64,000 nucleotides of DNA from Psammoneis japonica (lineage: Eukaryota). Positions 11,281 through 25,133 of the stretch are shown piece by piece; within the stretch, counting starts at the first letter, position 1, and each line of letters opens with the position of its first letter. The notes below the pieces were generated by a model that saw nothing but the letters and a program-made list of their open reading frames with translations, was not told where the DNA came from and ran no database searches. The stretch spans positions 806,001 through 870,000 of the forward strand of contig QPGO01000002.1 of the NCBI GenBank assembly GCA_008632985.1, given 5' to 3'. The translations under genes and the position numbers were made by a program.

Positions 11281-14228
11281 ATGGAGATGCTACTACTCGC
11301 TGAGCGCCTGCTGAAAAAGAATCACACTGAACCAGCCATGTCGCCCGAGTTAAATCAAACGGCATGAGCGAGGCAATCTCGTCGTCCAACACAACGAAAC
11401 AGACACAACAACAACATCCAATGAAGATGTCTTTGCATCTCCAAATGATGGAGAGACACTTCGAAATACAATGAAGCTCTATGGGTCGCTCTTTTTGTTT
11501 CTCATGTTGATCTTTTGCGTGTTGCGAAGACGCTTTCCAAAAGTATTCAATGTGCGCAACGTGGTTCCGAAACTCAGGTGCAACCTTGCGAGTGATCAAT
11601 ACGGTTTATTTCTTGGATATGGCGCTTGTTGCTGGTCGACGACGATGATATTTTGGACCAATGTGGATTGGATGCTCTTTGTTTTTTGCGCATCTTGCTC
11701 TTTGGAATGAAGGTGTCGTTGGTGGGGATTGTAAATTCTATTTGGCTCTTTCCTGTATATGCCACAGCCCCAGGATCCAATGGAACAGACTACATTGACG
11801 ACCACATCGTTCAATTGTCTGCGACACACATTCCCGCGTCAAACGGTCGGTTGATTTGCACCGTGATTGCGTCCTATATCGTCTTTGGCTTTGCCATGTA
11901 CCTGATACTCGAGGAGTTCAAGTACTTCACGCAAAAGCGTCACCAGTTCCTTTCCAAACGGGTTCCACGAAATTACACAGTCTACATTAGTGGACTTTGT
12001 TCAGAGTATCGCTCCTCCGCGGCATTGTATGACTACTTTTGCGAATGCTTCTCAGAAGAGGATGTGTTGGAAGCAAACGTGGCACTCGATATTCCCAAGC
12101 TGGAACGAAAGGTGGCCAATCGAGACACGATTCTAGCTAATCTCGAGCACGCCATGGCTCTGGAAGCTCTAACGGGCGTTTCACCAACTCACAAGTCAAG
12201 CATCATTGGTGGCGAGGAGGTCAACTCGATCGAGAAGTACAAGGAAGAGTTGCAGGTACTGAATAATGAGATTGAAGATGATATCGCTCGAATCGCTGCT
12301 GTTTACGAAACCGACAAGACCAAGGACGAGTCCTTCGGATCGTCGCTGCCAAGCGTCGAAGACATGATGCAATCCGATTCGGATTCGGATGATGAGGCTG
12401 ACGACGAGGAATCATCACCACGATTGACAGCGTCCCAGTCTGCGTCTGAAGAAAGCTCCGAGAGGAAGAGACGAGGTAGAATGGCAAAGGTCAGAATGTC
12501 TGTGTCCAAGGGTATCAAGAGTGTCGGAACGTCGGCCTTGTCCTTTTTGATTGGAGACGACGACGGAAAACCACGCGAATCAGCCTTTGTGTCATTTACC
12601 AACTACAAACCACAAATTCGGCCCTTCAACTTCTCCACCATCCTTCTCCCTTTTCCATGAACGTCTGTGAGGCCCCCGATCCTCATGACATTTACTGGAA
12701 TCACGTCGGACTGACCCATAAACAGTTGCAAATGGGGAGTTTGATTGCTTTTGGTTTGACGTGTCTGTTTTGTGTCTTTTGGACGGTTCCCGTTAGTTTT
12801 GTGGCGTCTCTCTCCCAAATCGACTCTCTCAAGCAGAGCATTCCGTTTCTGGCAACGCTGATTGAAAAGTTTCCCGCCTTGGAACAGTTCTTTGCACAGC
12901 TGGCGCCTTTGCTCGTCTTGGGGCTTCATACCGTACTGCCCTACATTTTGTTGGAGTTTGCACGAATGGAAGGACCAATCGCTTCCTCTGTCCTCGAGGC
13001 TTCCCTGTTTGTGAAATTGGCTGCCTTCATGGTGAGTTGGCTCAGGAAATCTCTGGATATGTCACAGTTATGTGAGTTTTGTTTGTCCAACCGTGTCCGT
13101 CTTGCTTTTGTACAGATCATTCAGACTTTCTTTGTCTCGACCATTTCCGGAAGTCTCTTTCAAGCTTTGTCTGATATGATTAATGACCCTGAGTCCGGAA
13201 TCGACTTGCTGGCAAACTCTATCGTATCTCAGTGCACGTATTTTATCCAAATCATTTTGGTATCAACCTTTGTGGTCAAGGAATTGAGCTGATGCAGTTT
13301 ACCCGCATTGCTTGCGCATGGGTACGACGCATGGTGGGTCCCAACTTGACCGAAAAGGAACGCAACACATCGTGGATGGGATTGAATCCTCTTGTCGACC
13401 CTTGGGATTTCAAGTTTGGCATTGTCCTTGGACAAGCCGTGCTATACTACATGGTGACCTTTGTGTACAGTTCCATGGCGCCCATATCAAACTACTTTGT
13501 ATGCCTCTGCTACTTGCTGTCTAGCATTGGATGGAGACACCAGTTCATCTACATTTACCCTGCTACCAAAGACAGCGGCGGAAAACTGTGGACTCGATTT
13601 GTAGGCGTGACGTTGACGTGCATGATTATTGCCGAGTTTGTCTTGACAGCGTGGTTGGGTATCAAGAAGGCACCTATTTCGGCGTTTCTCATGGTGAGTA
13701 TGAATATCGCAAATTGCGGTAACCACCGCCTCAAGAGTTCCTCCGTGTCTAATCTAACCCATGTATCTTTCTCAATGCATCAATCTCTAGGTACCGTTGA
13801 TACTGGCCACCTTTCTCTTTAACTATTACATTCGTCAAAAGCACTTTTACGTGACGCGGCACTTGCCCTTTCGCGAATGTCACGCGGTGGATGAAAGGCA
13901 TGCCTTGGACCAGCAGGACGGGTCAGACTTTGACTTTCTTCGAGGCGCCTACCTACAGCCGGCACTCAAGAGTCAACCCATTCCAGAGCCAGACTTGGAG
14001 TCTGTTTTAGATGAGGACCCACTTTCCATTCATCGGGCAATTTCTAGAAAGTCAAGCGACGTGGGTCTCGACAGCCAGCAGCTACAAGACGGCAATGAGG
14101 CTGATTCGTCCAGTAGCAGAGAGGGAGACAACAAGGGCATGCCATACAAGAAGCGATTCCGTGTCTCCAACCTTGATCCTCGAGCTGTACTCAAAGACAT
14201 TCGAAAGCCGTACTCTGAGATTTGCTGA
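11281..14228 (+). CDS. OSCA/TMEM63 (CSC1-like) channel, paralogue 2
   Basis: Motifs CGLDALCFLRIL, RNYTVY, AFVSF, APDPHDIYW, FWTVPVSF and DSGG. Introns at 13032-13115 and about 13694-13790. Several single-base frameshifts occur (about 11620, 12605-12655, 13280) and the start is approximate. Confidence 0.85.
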
Positions 14229-14495
14229 CAGAAAAGCAAACTCCTGAATTGTTGAAAACTTAAAAAATTAGAATACCTTTTTAGAGAAACCTCTGTATGA
14301 ATTCTGCTCTCTTTTTTAAATCAAAAGAGAGACACTAAACTAAAATATTGGAAGGGGACAATGAACCGCTGGTCCATGATAATGTGTATGAGCATGTGTC
14401 AAGTGTGAAACAATGGACGGGAAAAGGCGTATGCAAAGTGGGCAATCGAAAGTCGAGCAAAAACCACGTAGCGAGAAGAATAATCGTTGGTCTCA

Positions 14496-15252
14496 TCAAC
14501 AACAATCGTCGTCTTCTTCATCATCAACATCATCGTCGTCAAGAGTGCTGTCCGAGTCTAGAGTCATGGCGTCTGGCAACTGCTCATCTGTTGAAATGCG
14601 TGCTTCTGGCTTGTTCAACGTAGCTTGCTCCTGCTGTTTCTCATCAACACTCTCCACACGTCTGTGCCACTCTTGTTGTAGTCTTAAGCATTTTTCCACA
14701 ACAGCTCTTGCTCTTGTTTAGTGGTGGGTGCCATTTTAACGAATCGTTTGAACTTACGAGTAAGGCTGCCCAGCACAACTTGAGCTCCCTCCAACTCCAT
14801 GGTGGCAATCGTCGCTCGTCGCTGTCTCTGAATGACGTCGGATTTCGTACCGCGGCATTCATGGATGCTTCACTGACATTTTGTTCCTTGAGCTTGGCCA
14901 TTCGAACGTTTGGTGGCATGCGAAACTCGTCCGCGTTGCGTCGTGGTGGAGACTGCTCTTCATATGTCCCGAGTTCCAATTGAGCAACGGGTTCGTATTG
15001 CCAACCAATTCCAAGTGCCGGACCACCCAGAGCGGCGGGATGATCCGTCATGACGCGTTCGTATTCACGAATTTCAACTGTATGAAAGGAGACACGCCGA
15101 GGATTATTGAGCGGAGCGGATTCGGCCTTGGGTTTTTGAGACAAACAGCTCTTGAGATTGTGTGCTTGTGTTGGAGCAGCACTCACGGCCGACAGGGATG
15201 CACTCCGTTTTGCTGCTTTGGAACTACTGCTGCGACGGCGAAACGAACTCAT
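14496..15252 (-). CDS. Hypothetical protein of a diatom-expanded family (V.F..V.IREY...HP...GP.LGIGW.Y)
   Basis: RRVSFHTVEIREYERVMTDHPAALGGPALGIGWQY...RMPPNVR motif, with frameshift(s) in the 3' half. Confidence 0.65.
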
Positions 15253-15739
15253 TGTTGTTGCAGTCCTTTTTAAATATATGAAATGACTCTAGAAAGATTC
15301 GAGTGAATGAGGAAAAAACAAAAAATGCTTCGCTTCTCACGTGTTGTTGACCATGAAAAATGGTGCGGTGGTGGCGTTGATGAGGTGATGTGTCGTGTGT
15401 GCAAAATCTTGCGCAGAAAGCACGACCGCAGCTGGTCGAATTTTTTAATATACAAAAATGAATGTTTTAATAAAACATTTATGTTCAAGTTCAGTACCAC
15501 AACAGCCGTAGAAAAGACATTTTCTGTGCAACATTGAATGGCTGCCAGCTAAGGAAAAGACGTCATTACTTAGGGATAGCTCTTCAGCATCACACAGAGT
15601 GGAGACGACGTCGTCTTTTGCATGCCCAATCTACAGCAATGGAGCCTTTTATACAAAAATTGAAGTCCTTAGATTCGTCAATCGAGCGAGTCAGATGCGC
15701 CACTTTTCGGCTTGCGACTTCAGCCGAAATCATCGACGA

Positions 15740-16990
15740 AAAAATGATGCAGGTGCGGTGGCATCGCTTGGCACTGTCAATGCTGCATCAACAACAGCGG
15801 CAATGTGCACCTTGACCTTGATGTGTGTCTTTTGAATCATGCAGTGCTCCACAATTTTCCCGAGTTCTTCGCTCTTGTTGTTTTTGTGTCCGCAAAAATG
15901 TCTCTTGCTCGCCACTGTCATTTGAGTCGTCACATCAGCAAAACTCATCTGCTGGCATGTCATGCTGATGTAGAGCCATGATGAAGCACATTGCACCACA
16001 TGTTGATTGATTTCTTCTGGGTGCAACTGCTTTCTTTTTCAACTTGGAGAGAGAGACACGCGCCACTTTTGCTGCCTTGTGTTGGCTGTTTTTTGTGATG
16101 CCTTGGCAAAGTTCAAAAGCACTGAAAAAGTGACTTTCCCACTGCTTGTCATGGCACATGCTGACCATTCACCAAAAATGTGAACTTTCTCCACATTCCA
16201 ATGCCAACAGGCTTGCCTGATGCCTCGCAGCTGGGAGAGATCAAGAGGGGGGGGTGAGTTGGCCCCGGGGTGCCACAGTGTCACTGGACAGCTCCTCTGC
16301 CACCCCAAAATGCTGCTGTGGCTGCATCCCAAATGTGACAGTGTTGTCTAAAGACCCCAGTGACCCTTCTTCATCATTGGAAAGTGCAAAGAGGTGGCCC
16401 AGTTGTTGTGTGCCTCTTCTTGCTTTTGAGAGCACTCTTGCTCACCCCCCATTTTTGCCAAATCTCCCAAAAATGTGTGAGCTGTCTTGCACCATCAGAC
16501 CCCCAAAAGACCCTTGTTTTGCCATTGGAAAATTGGAAGTTGCCACAACATTGTGGCAGCCAACCACTGCTCTCTGACTGCACGGCTTCTTGCTCCCATG
16601 TGCACACCAGAGCCACACTCTTTCAACCTCCACAGAAAAAATCAGCCTTGGCTTTGCTCCACTTTTTACCCTGCATCCAAACAGCTGCCCAATGAGTTGT
16701 TCTGGGAAGTTGTCAACAGTTTTTCACATTCAAACCCAGAGTCTGATTGCATGTCCAGCCCCAATCATCTGAAAATCCCAACAGCCCTGGCCCTGGCTAC
16801 AAACCAGGAGAGACACCAAGGGTTCAATGGAGCATCTAAAGCTGTGCATTCTTGTCATTGAGTGCTTCCCCTTGGCCAATGAGAAAAGCCAGAAATGTTC
16901 TTTTGGGCTGGCAACCCAACTGGATCATCAATCCACACACTCCTGACTTTTCTGCTTTTGCTCATCCTTTTCCTGTCCATGGTCAACCTT
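15740..16990. pseudogene. TpA/CpG-depleted degenerate tract of unidentified origin
   Basis: Very few TA dinucleotides and excess TG/CA. Only overlapping Cys/His-rich spurious ORFs are present. Confidence 0.55.
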
Positions 16991-17337
16991 GATCGTAGAT
17001 GCAAGTCAATGCGCTTGTACGACTGGGTGTGATTTCTTGTGGGTTTAGTTGGATCGAGATGCTGTGGTGCGTTCATCGCAATGTCAAGCTCGAGCGAAGG
17101 ACAACGAACCCATCACAGGCCGACGCGACGCGGACGCGATACGATAGATGGCATGGCCACTGGCACGCCACGACTATCTGATGGCTAGGCTCACCATGCA
17201 GGTGTGTACCATCTGTTCATAACTGATAATTTGGAAGGTGCTACAAGGTTTCGTGGCCACTAATAGCTAGCTATTTTGTGTCTACACCGTCTCGGTGACC
17301 CACTTTTCGTCCATGCTGTGTCGTCCTCAACAATATG

Positions 17338-19611
17338 TCATGCATCGTCGGCATTGCCGTTATCAACAGGGACGAGCCCATAATCTACTGCATGAACAGT
17401 GTCCTGGATTCTTGGCTCGCCACTGCTTCGATAGTACAAACTGTGATCAATGTCACTTCGTACGATTTGAGACTTGATAAAGGGAGTGTAGCTTGTCGTA
17501 AAGAGGGACACAATGGATGATGCCAGTATGGCCGGCAGAGCATATTGCTCACCAGATAAGAAAGCGAGGATTAAACTGGTCGCCAAAGCTGTCCTCGTAA
17601 TGGCAACATTCATGGCAGCCGCAAAGCAAAGGCAAGCAATCGACGGAGATAGCTTGGGAAACAAAAATACGAGTGCCCGACCAAAGGCTGCACCCGCGGT
17701 AAACAAGGGAAAGATGTATCCACCTCGATAACCCGCTGCGACCGTAAAGGAAATGGCAAGGATCTTTGAAACCCCCACTAGTACACACCTGCCACAGCTG
17801 TTCATTTCAAAGCCAAGTAGCCCCGACGTTGGCCATATATGCGGTAATTCCGACGCTGGAGACCCGGTGGCAATGACACCAAACTCAAATTCTCCCCAAA
17901 ACATGGTGTGCGGTATCAGCATTCCAAGCGTCGAAATCACGGTAGCCCCGAGCAAGGCTCGTGGTACGGCATTTCGATTCTCATCATCCAGCAATCCCAG
18001 CCATTTGAAGCAATCCATCAATCTCCAGTGAAAGGTGGCAAAAATCAATGCTACGCCCGCACCCAGCAAACCAATGGCGGCACCAACGACAATCATGACT
18101 GGTTCCGAATCTTGTAACTTGGTCGGTTGGATCTCCCATATTTTTCCCATGGGTATTTGTGCCAGACTTCGAAACACGGCAACGCAAACTTCACCGCAAA
18201 AGATGGCTTCAATCATGTGTTCAAAATACTCAATGCCGTAGCTATTATCGTTGCCGCCAGCAACTCCAAGAGAATTAGAAAGAGGCGATAGCAAAGCAAA
18301 ACATAATAAAAAAACGTTGAAATACATTCTCACCGACTGTTGACTTCCAATGCAAAGAGACTCCCGCCGAGCGGCACACCAAAAAAGGCAGCCAAGGCTC
18401 CTGCCATGCCCATGAGGGTGTGCTTTCGAACGACATTGCGATTGCTCTGCTTGAATACCTTGCGCGACACAAAGCCCGCCGTGGCGGCGCATATACCCAC
18501 CAGGGGAGCCTCGGGTCCGAGGCTTGCTCCCGCTAAAATGCTAAAGAGCGAGGCTGCCAACATGGGTAGTATATGCTCGGTGCTTTCATAGGCCTTTTCA
18601 TGGACACACTTGATTGTGTAGGCTAAATCACCAGGCTCTCCCAGATAATAAATGGACAAGCCGAGCAAACACTCATGGCAAACGTCACGAGCGGTATCCA
18701 AAGGACATGTAATGACTCTGGCCAATCCGTTCGAGCAACAAGAGCGTTAGGCAAATCCTTCCAAACGACTTGCAACAAGTTTAGCAAAACCAAATAGTAC
18801 AAGAAGGCCACAATTCCACAAATGGCACCAATCACCGTCGCCAAAACAATACTCTGCGGTATGGTGCCTTCGGCAAACTCAATGGCATCCTCGTAAAAGG
18901 TCTTTCGGACTTTTTCCAAACCTCTTGTTGCGACAAGCCCGATCGAGTAGAGGAGTTCATCACGGCGGCGGCTCGACTACTACTACTGGCTCGCTTGAGT
19001 TCCGCAGTTCTTGCATTCGCTACGAATTTGGAGGAACCCCAAAGTGGAGTTTGTGGTGGTAACGATACATTGTCGGGTGCATACACTTTGGTTTCCGTCA
19101 GTGTCCCGCTGAATAAAGAACTGTCACTATTTTCTGCCCACGACAAGGTTCGTGGACGTCGTGCAGATGATGGAATATCACCAAGTGTCTTGGATCGAAC
19201 AAAGTACTGAGAGAATTTGTTTGCAATGTTTGCAACGGGCGATGTTAGTTTGCTCTCTGGTTGTTGTTGTTGTTGATTTCGTGGTGCGTGAATCAAGCCA
19301 TCCTCGCGTGCGACAGCATCCGAATAACTCGGCGACAGCAACAAGAGCGACGACGTTTCTCCGGCGACAGCACTATCGTCAAAACGGACAATGGATCTGG
19401 CATCCGTCAGATCAGAGGGTTTTCGATTCACGAGCAGATGGTCTTTGTCATTCTTTCCTGTAGTAGCATCTAGATTTGGGAGTCGGGGGTAGCTAATAAT
19501 GTGTGGTATTTCATCATTGCTTTGGTCGACATTTTTTTTCTCAGACATGCCACGATCGTCATTATTATTTCGCGAAGCGCCGCCGCTTAAGTTCTCTTTT
19601 TGTTGCTCCAT
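17338..19611 (-). CDS. CLC family chloride channel / H+-Cl- exchanger
   Basis: GASLGPEAP (GxExP gating motif), GMAGALAAFFGVPLGGSLFALEV and GYRGGYIFP. Intron at 18242-18333, frameshifts near 18835 and 18660, and a long N-terminal extension. Confidence 0.88.
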
Positions 19612-20559
19612 GGCATGGTGTGTGCCGAAGCGAGAAGATGGCAGGTGCTTGATTTGGATTTGCCAGATTGCCGCAAATCTTTTTTGTTTTTTGATTTTTT
19701 TTTTTATCGATCTCGCACGGTCCGTCCGTTTGTCAATGTTGGCGACAACCCGTGACGCGGAAGGCATGGCAGGCATGGCATCAGAGTGTACGGAAAGTAC
19801 AAACAGTTTCGTGCTTCTCTAGTAAAAGAAGGTCTAGGGCTATGGCCTAATGGAAACAATGACAACGGTGCTTCAAAACTTACACCGTTTCGAAATTTTG
19901 AATGCTGTCCGTTTCGAGTTTTCGCTCAATTCCCGGAAAACACAGTCCCCTCTGTTCTTCCGCTGCAACAGTCACTTCCGTGCCTCCTTCTGCTGTTCCT
20001 TTCCATTTTCAACAGGCTCTTTAACCCTGCACTTGGTTAATTGAGTGATTGTTGTGGTGTCATGCAGGTCCAGCACCATGACGTCCAGCAATGTGTGGCT
20101 CTCGATCAAAATCGTGTGACAGAACACAGAACAGGTCCAAGCACCATGACGTCGAACAACGGGCGCTCGATGTGCCAGGGATCTTTTCTCTGAAAACGTC
20201 ACAAGCAAAAGCGAGGTGGATGATCTTGTGACCGAGATTCAATGACTAAAAACTCCCAAGCAGTGTCGAGGCTGCTGGCCGACGTTGGGTCGCCGTCTTC
20301 GTCGCATCCCCAAAGAGGACATGACTCATGAGAGCATCTTGGACCAATTGACTGAGAGTGAGTCACACCGGCCTCAAACTTGATGGCCTATGTGGAGCTG
20401 CATGGGACACAAGATGTGTTGAAGAAACGCAACTTGGAGACAATGCGCGACGCCAACTGGATCGAGCAAACAGAGTTGCCCGAGCCCACCAATGACCAAC
20501 TCACATGTGTGGCACATTGCAAGCTTGCAGCAGCAAAGCCTTCAGCCTTCTGACCCCAT

Positions 20560-23500
20560 CAACATGCACAAAAAATGACAATGCATGTGACCACACAGCT
20601 CCAATCTGAAACAGGCGGCTGTTCCATGTTTTCTCAGCTGTCTTCATTCATTTCAATCATGTCATGGACTGTGTCATGTCAGTTTTTCAATTTAAATTTT
20701 GCTTCCACATGTCCAACTTTTTCAATGTGAATTGCTTCCCACACTGTGCTGCTCATGTTGAGCATGTTGCCACAGCAACAAGAGCACAAGGCAAAACAGT
20801 GTTCAAGATGAGCCGCTCCTCTCTGAGTCTTTTTGTGATGATGGTGAGACCACACACGGGCAGCTGCATCAGCATCATCCCCAGATTCTGCATGGCACAC
20901 ACACATGCACACAAAACAGCAGATGCAGGCACATCTAGATCAGCATGATCTGATCAAGTTTCTGCCAAGATCTGCTTGCCTTTTTGGGGCAACTGGTGTG
21001 TTGTCACACTGCAAGCAGTGCATTTTGGACTCTGCCAGGTTTGACTGTCATTCCTCTTGCACCCTGTCTCTCACAGTCTCTTCTCTCAAAGAGTGGTGGA
21101 AAATGCACATCATGCTGGTGGTTGTCACTGGAATGACCCCAGCTGCAAGCCATGATCACCTGGTGCACTGCTTGCATGATGCTGGAGTGCTGCAGCTTTT
21201 GATGACAGCACTCATCTTTTCAAAGCCCATCTGCTGACTTTGAGCCTTGTCCTCATCCAGCTGAATCTCACCAAATGTCACTCAAAGAAGTGTCTCTGCT
21301 GGGGAGAACATCAAGCTGGCTCTTGGAGCATCCCTGCACAGTGGGTTTTTCACTTGCTCCCTTCCTCAAAGGCAGCTCCACACAATGGAGCATGTGGTTG
21401 GTTGCGTGCCCCCCCCCCCCAAAGCTCAAGCAGTCCAAGAGATTTGGCTTTGCACCTGAAGATGTTGGTGCACCTGATGTGCCTGAAATCACAGCCAATC
21501 ATGTCAAAAGATCCTCTTTGTGTTGATGCTTCTGGAGGCTTGTCAGCTGAATGTGCACAAAATGACCTGGCCAACCAGTGCAAACACCCAAGATGAGCAT
21601 GGCCAGCTGCTGGCTGCCTCGTGCATGCTGTCAGGCAACAAAAAACAGCAGGTTGTCAAAAGTCACATTGGCACAGAAATTGAAAGGTCAGGGGAGTTGT
21701 GTGAGCAGGAGCTCATGTCAACTCCTCATTGGTTTGTGTTTTTGATTGCACGCAATTGATTGTGCACAAGTTTCTCCAATCCCATTTGCCTGCCTGTTGA
21801 ATGCATGGTGGTTGTTGTCACAGTGTTGACAGGAGCCTGTCAACATGCACAAAATGCAAGCATGGGTGCTTGACTTGTTTTTCAAATCCCCCAAGCAACT
21901 GTGCCGCTGAGTCTCCCTGTGCTTCCATGGTTTGTGCCACCACTGCTGTGGTGGGCACCTTGCCCCTGGGGTGCACATGGTCTTGCTGTGTTGCCATTCT
22001 TGCGGTGCATGCTGCTTGCTCCCAAATGACTCAGGACAACAGCACCCAACAAGCAGCAAGATTGCACATCTCTCAATGCACTGTCTTGTGCATGAAGAGT
22101 GCTGTCATCATTTGCGTGGACAATTCTGACCTGACCTTTGTGACAGTCAGCTCCACATTTTGTCTTGTGTTCTTTTTTGATGAGCACCAACTGCCCAATG
22201 ACACATTTGCACACTTTCCATTTTACACTTTCATGTTTGTTGTTCAAGCATGCTGGCTTTGCTTTCTGTCCTGGACACACTTCCTCCACTTTCCCCAAAG
22301 ATCAACTGTGCGGGACTCTCCCACACAGTTGTGTGCACCCCAGCTCTTGTGGCAGAGGCCACAGAGTCAACAGAGTGTCATTCCATGGGTCATCCTCATC
22401 CAACATGTCCTGTGCTGAAAATGAACACACCACACATTGAGAAGCATCTGGCACATGCACTCTACAGTGACAGCACCCGCCTGTGGATTTCTCTTGCTTG
22501 TGGATTCATGAGCAATGCCACAGCCATTCTTGATCATCTCTGGCTGAACTTGGCCACAAATTCAGTGCCATGGTCATGGACAACCTTGCTTGGCTGTGGG
22601 TGCCTGCATGGCCAGGTTTGTTCCATGATGTTTGCTGTGTGTTCCTTGATCTGGAGCCACCCTGTCAGCCACACTGGGTTGATCATGGTGACTGCTCACC
22701 CACAACTGCAAAACATCCTTTCCACATCACTCAACTTGGGGTGGGGGGCAATCATGTCTGTTGGACACAAGGTCTCTCATGGGGTCATCTCAGCCACCCC
22801 CATTTGGGCAGCTTTCCATGATGCTGCATCTGGCATTTTGTCTTCATGACATTGTTCACACTTGGCACATGCAGAGTGCACCACAGCCATCACACTGGGC
22901 TGGCAGAAGTGCTGGGGGCAATTGACATTTCTGTGCATCATGTTTTGCCAGGGTGGAGCAGCATGTGGCACCACTCAGTTGGAGGTTCTTGGTGCTTCTG
23001 GCACAACAATTTTGTCCTGACAGCACATCAGCTGTTTTGTGATGCATCTCTCCCATGAAGTGCATGTTGTGTTTTCTCAAAGGTTGCTGGTGGTGCTGAG
23101 GTGTCCAAAGCTGCCTGAAGCAAATGCTTTGTGCAAAGGATGCATGAATCATGCATGTCTTAGATGACAGGATTGCCCCAATGCACCAAGCTCAGCTCCA
23201 GTGCATGTGCACATGACACACATTTGAACAATGCATTCCAGCCACAGGAGGTGGGGCTGCGCATGTGATGCTGGGTCCACAGAATTCTGCATGGAAGCTC
23301 CACAGCAAAATTGTCAGGCAACAAATTCATGAATGATTGCCAACAGAACTGTGCATGATTGAAGCACACCATCTCCAGGTTGCCCAAGCACTTTCTTCAG
23401 ATGTGTCAAAGAAATCACCCAGCCCATTTTGATCTCATGAGTGGTTGAAATAAAAAGCCTTTGGCTTTGCAAAAGAGGGAGAGCTTGAAGCAATTTGCAG

Positions 23501-24720
23501 ATGACCACATGCAAAAACATGGCAGTCACCAAGGCATCACCTTCGGGCAAACAGCACACAAGCAAGAACTTTTCTGTGCCCACTGCTGCGGTGTGTTTTT
23601 GTCCTGCCACACCTTGCTCAGAGCTGCACTGGAGTGACAAGTGCTCTTCACATGCACCCATGGCAATGCATGGAACACTCAGTTTGCGTGTTGGGCTGTC
23701 AGCATCAGCTGGCAACTTCCTGAGTGCACAGAATGTCTGGTGCTCTCCTTTCAACAGTGCCTTCTTTTCCAGACATTTTGTGGCAATTCATGGGTGGTTT
23801 GATCATCATCATGACCACCGCGCACTTGTGGGTGCAACAATGTTGCTGCTGTGCCTCGTGCACTGTCAGGTGACAAAAAATGGCAGAGGTTTTCAAAAGT
23901 CATGTTGAGGAAAGAGTTCATGTGAACAGGGAGCAGCACAAATTCCCCATTGGCTTGCATGATCAGAGTCCCTTGTGTGCTTCCATGGCATGCACAACCA
24001 CTGCTGTGTGGTGTGTGTCTCACCCCGGGACATGCACAGCCTCACCATGTTGCCAACAGTGTGGTGCGTGCTGCACACAGTGCTTCAAAGCTGCAAGAAA
24101 GAAGGAGACAGTGACAGAAAAACAGCCCACACAACAGGGCTGGCCACCACACCACCCATGAAGATGAGTGCAGATGGGCCTTGGTGTCCAGGAAGAAAAG
24201 AGAGCCAGAAACCTTCAAAGAGACAAGAAGGCCGAACATGAGTGCAAGGCCACCCAGAGGAAGTGCAAGGGTGTCAGCCAGCACTTTGCAGAGCTTTGCC
24301 CCTGCCTTTGAGAAAGTTGCTGATTTGTCATGACCTTTGGCAGCCACACCCCAATCTGCTCCCAAAAGTGAAGTGGGCAGCAGGCCAAGAGTCAAGAGCT
24401 GGTTTCTTTTTTGCAGCATGAGCAAGAAGTCTCTCCCCCCAACCCCAGCAAAGGAAATGGGGTTTTGATCTGGCCCTGAAAAAGCTTGCTGGTGTCAGTG
24501 CATTTAATGAGAGCTGAGTTGGAGCATGCATGCCAACACATGAAAGTGTGCATGCCTGTGCGTGCATGCAAAACAACAGCTGCTTTTTGGGTGGTTCTCT
24601 GTCTGCGAGCACTCCTCCTCTGTGGCCAACAGCTGGGCAAACTAGAATGGCACACTCAAAATCATAGAAACTGTTGATTGTCAAGCTGTGATTATTCTCT
24701 TGTCCATTTCTTAGCAATCT
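20560..24720 (-). mobile_element. Heavily degenerate Ty3/Gypsy LTR retrotransposon relic (integrase about 21850-23100)
   Basis: Minus-strand fragments: CCQDKIVVP..EWCH..LHPG..QHF..CEQC (H2C2 zinc domain), HGKLP..AEMTP.ETLC, AVTMINP..TGW, EQTWPCRHP.P..VVHDHGTEF, RNPQA and DDPW..RAG.HTT..SPAQLIFG. These match Gypsy integrase with Y>H/C substitutions. Boundaries are approximate. Confidence 0.75.
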
Positions 24721-25133
24721 TGGTCGCATTTGCTCAAGAGGGCAATGCCCTCTGCCTCTTAGAGTAGAGAGAGATGGCGAGAGATGAGACAGACACATGC
24801 ATAGACATAGATCGTTGTCGCCGCAAGGTCCGTCCGTTTGCCGTACATAAAAAAGTGGCGCGAATTTGTTATTTCTTTATATTTTATACATATTTGAGTT
24901 AGTGAGAAAATTATGCGTTTCAAAATTTTATACAACTATCATTTCCTTTTAAAAAGTATAAACAACATATCGGATAGAACAAATACAAGTTACTGCCCAC
25001 GGGTCAAACATATTATTAAGGATTTAATAGTACATAAATTGTTTCCCAACGCTCGTTCCTAAATATCTCGGATGTGACATTTTCTGTGGTGAATTTTTTC
25101 GCCAAATTGCTGCCACATACTTCTCCATCCACC

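Noticed and set aside
20200..20560. Degenerate Myb-like gene (KTPKQCRG)
   Set aside because: Only a short motif in a broken, mutated frame, which is insufficient support.
20030..24800. Dozens of Cys/His-rich ORFs on both strands as novel metal-binding proteins
   Set aside because: They are artefacts of TA depletion (loss of TAA/TAG/Tyr codons) and TG/CA excess.
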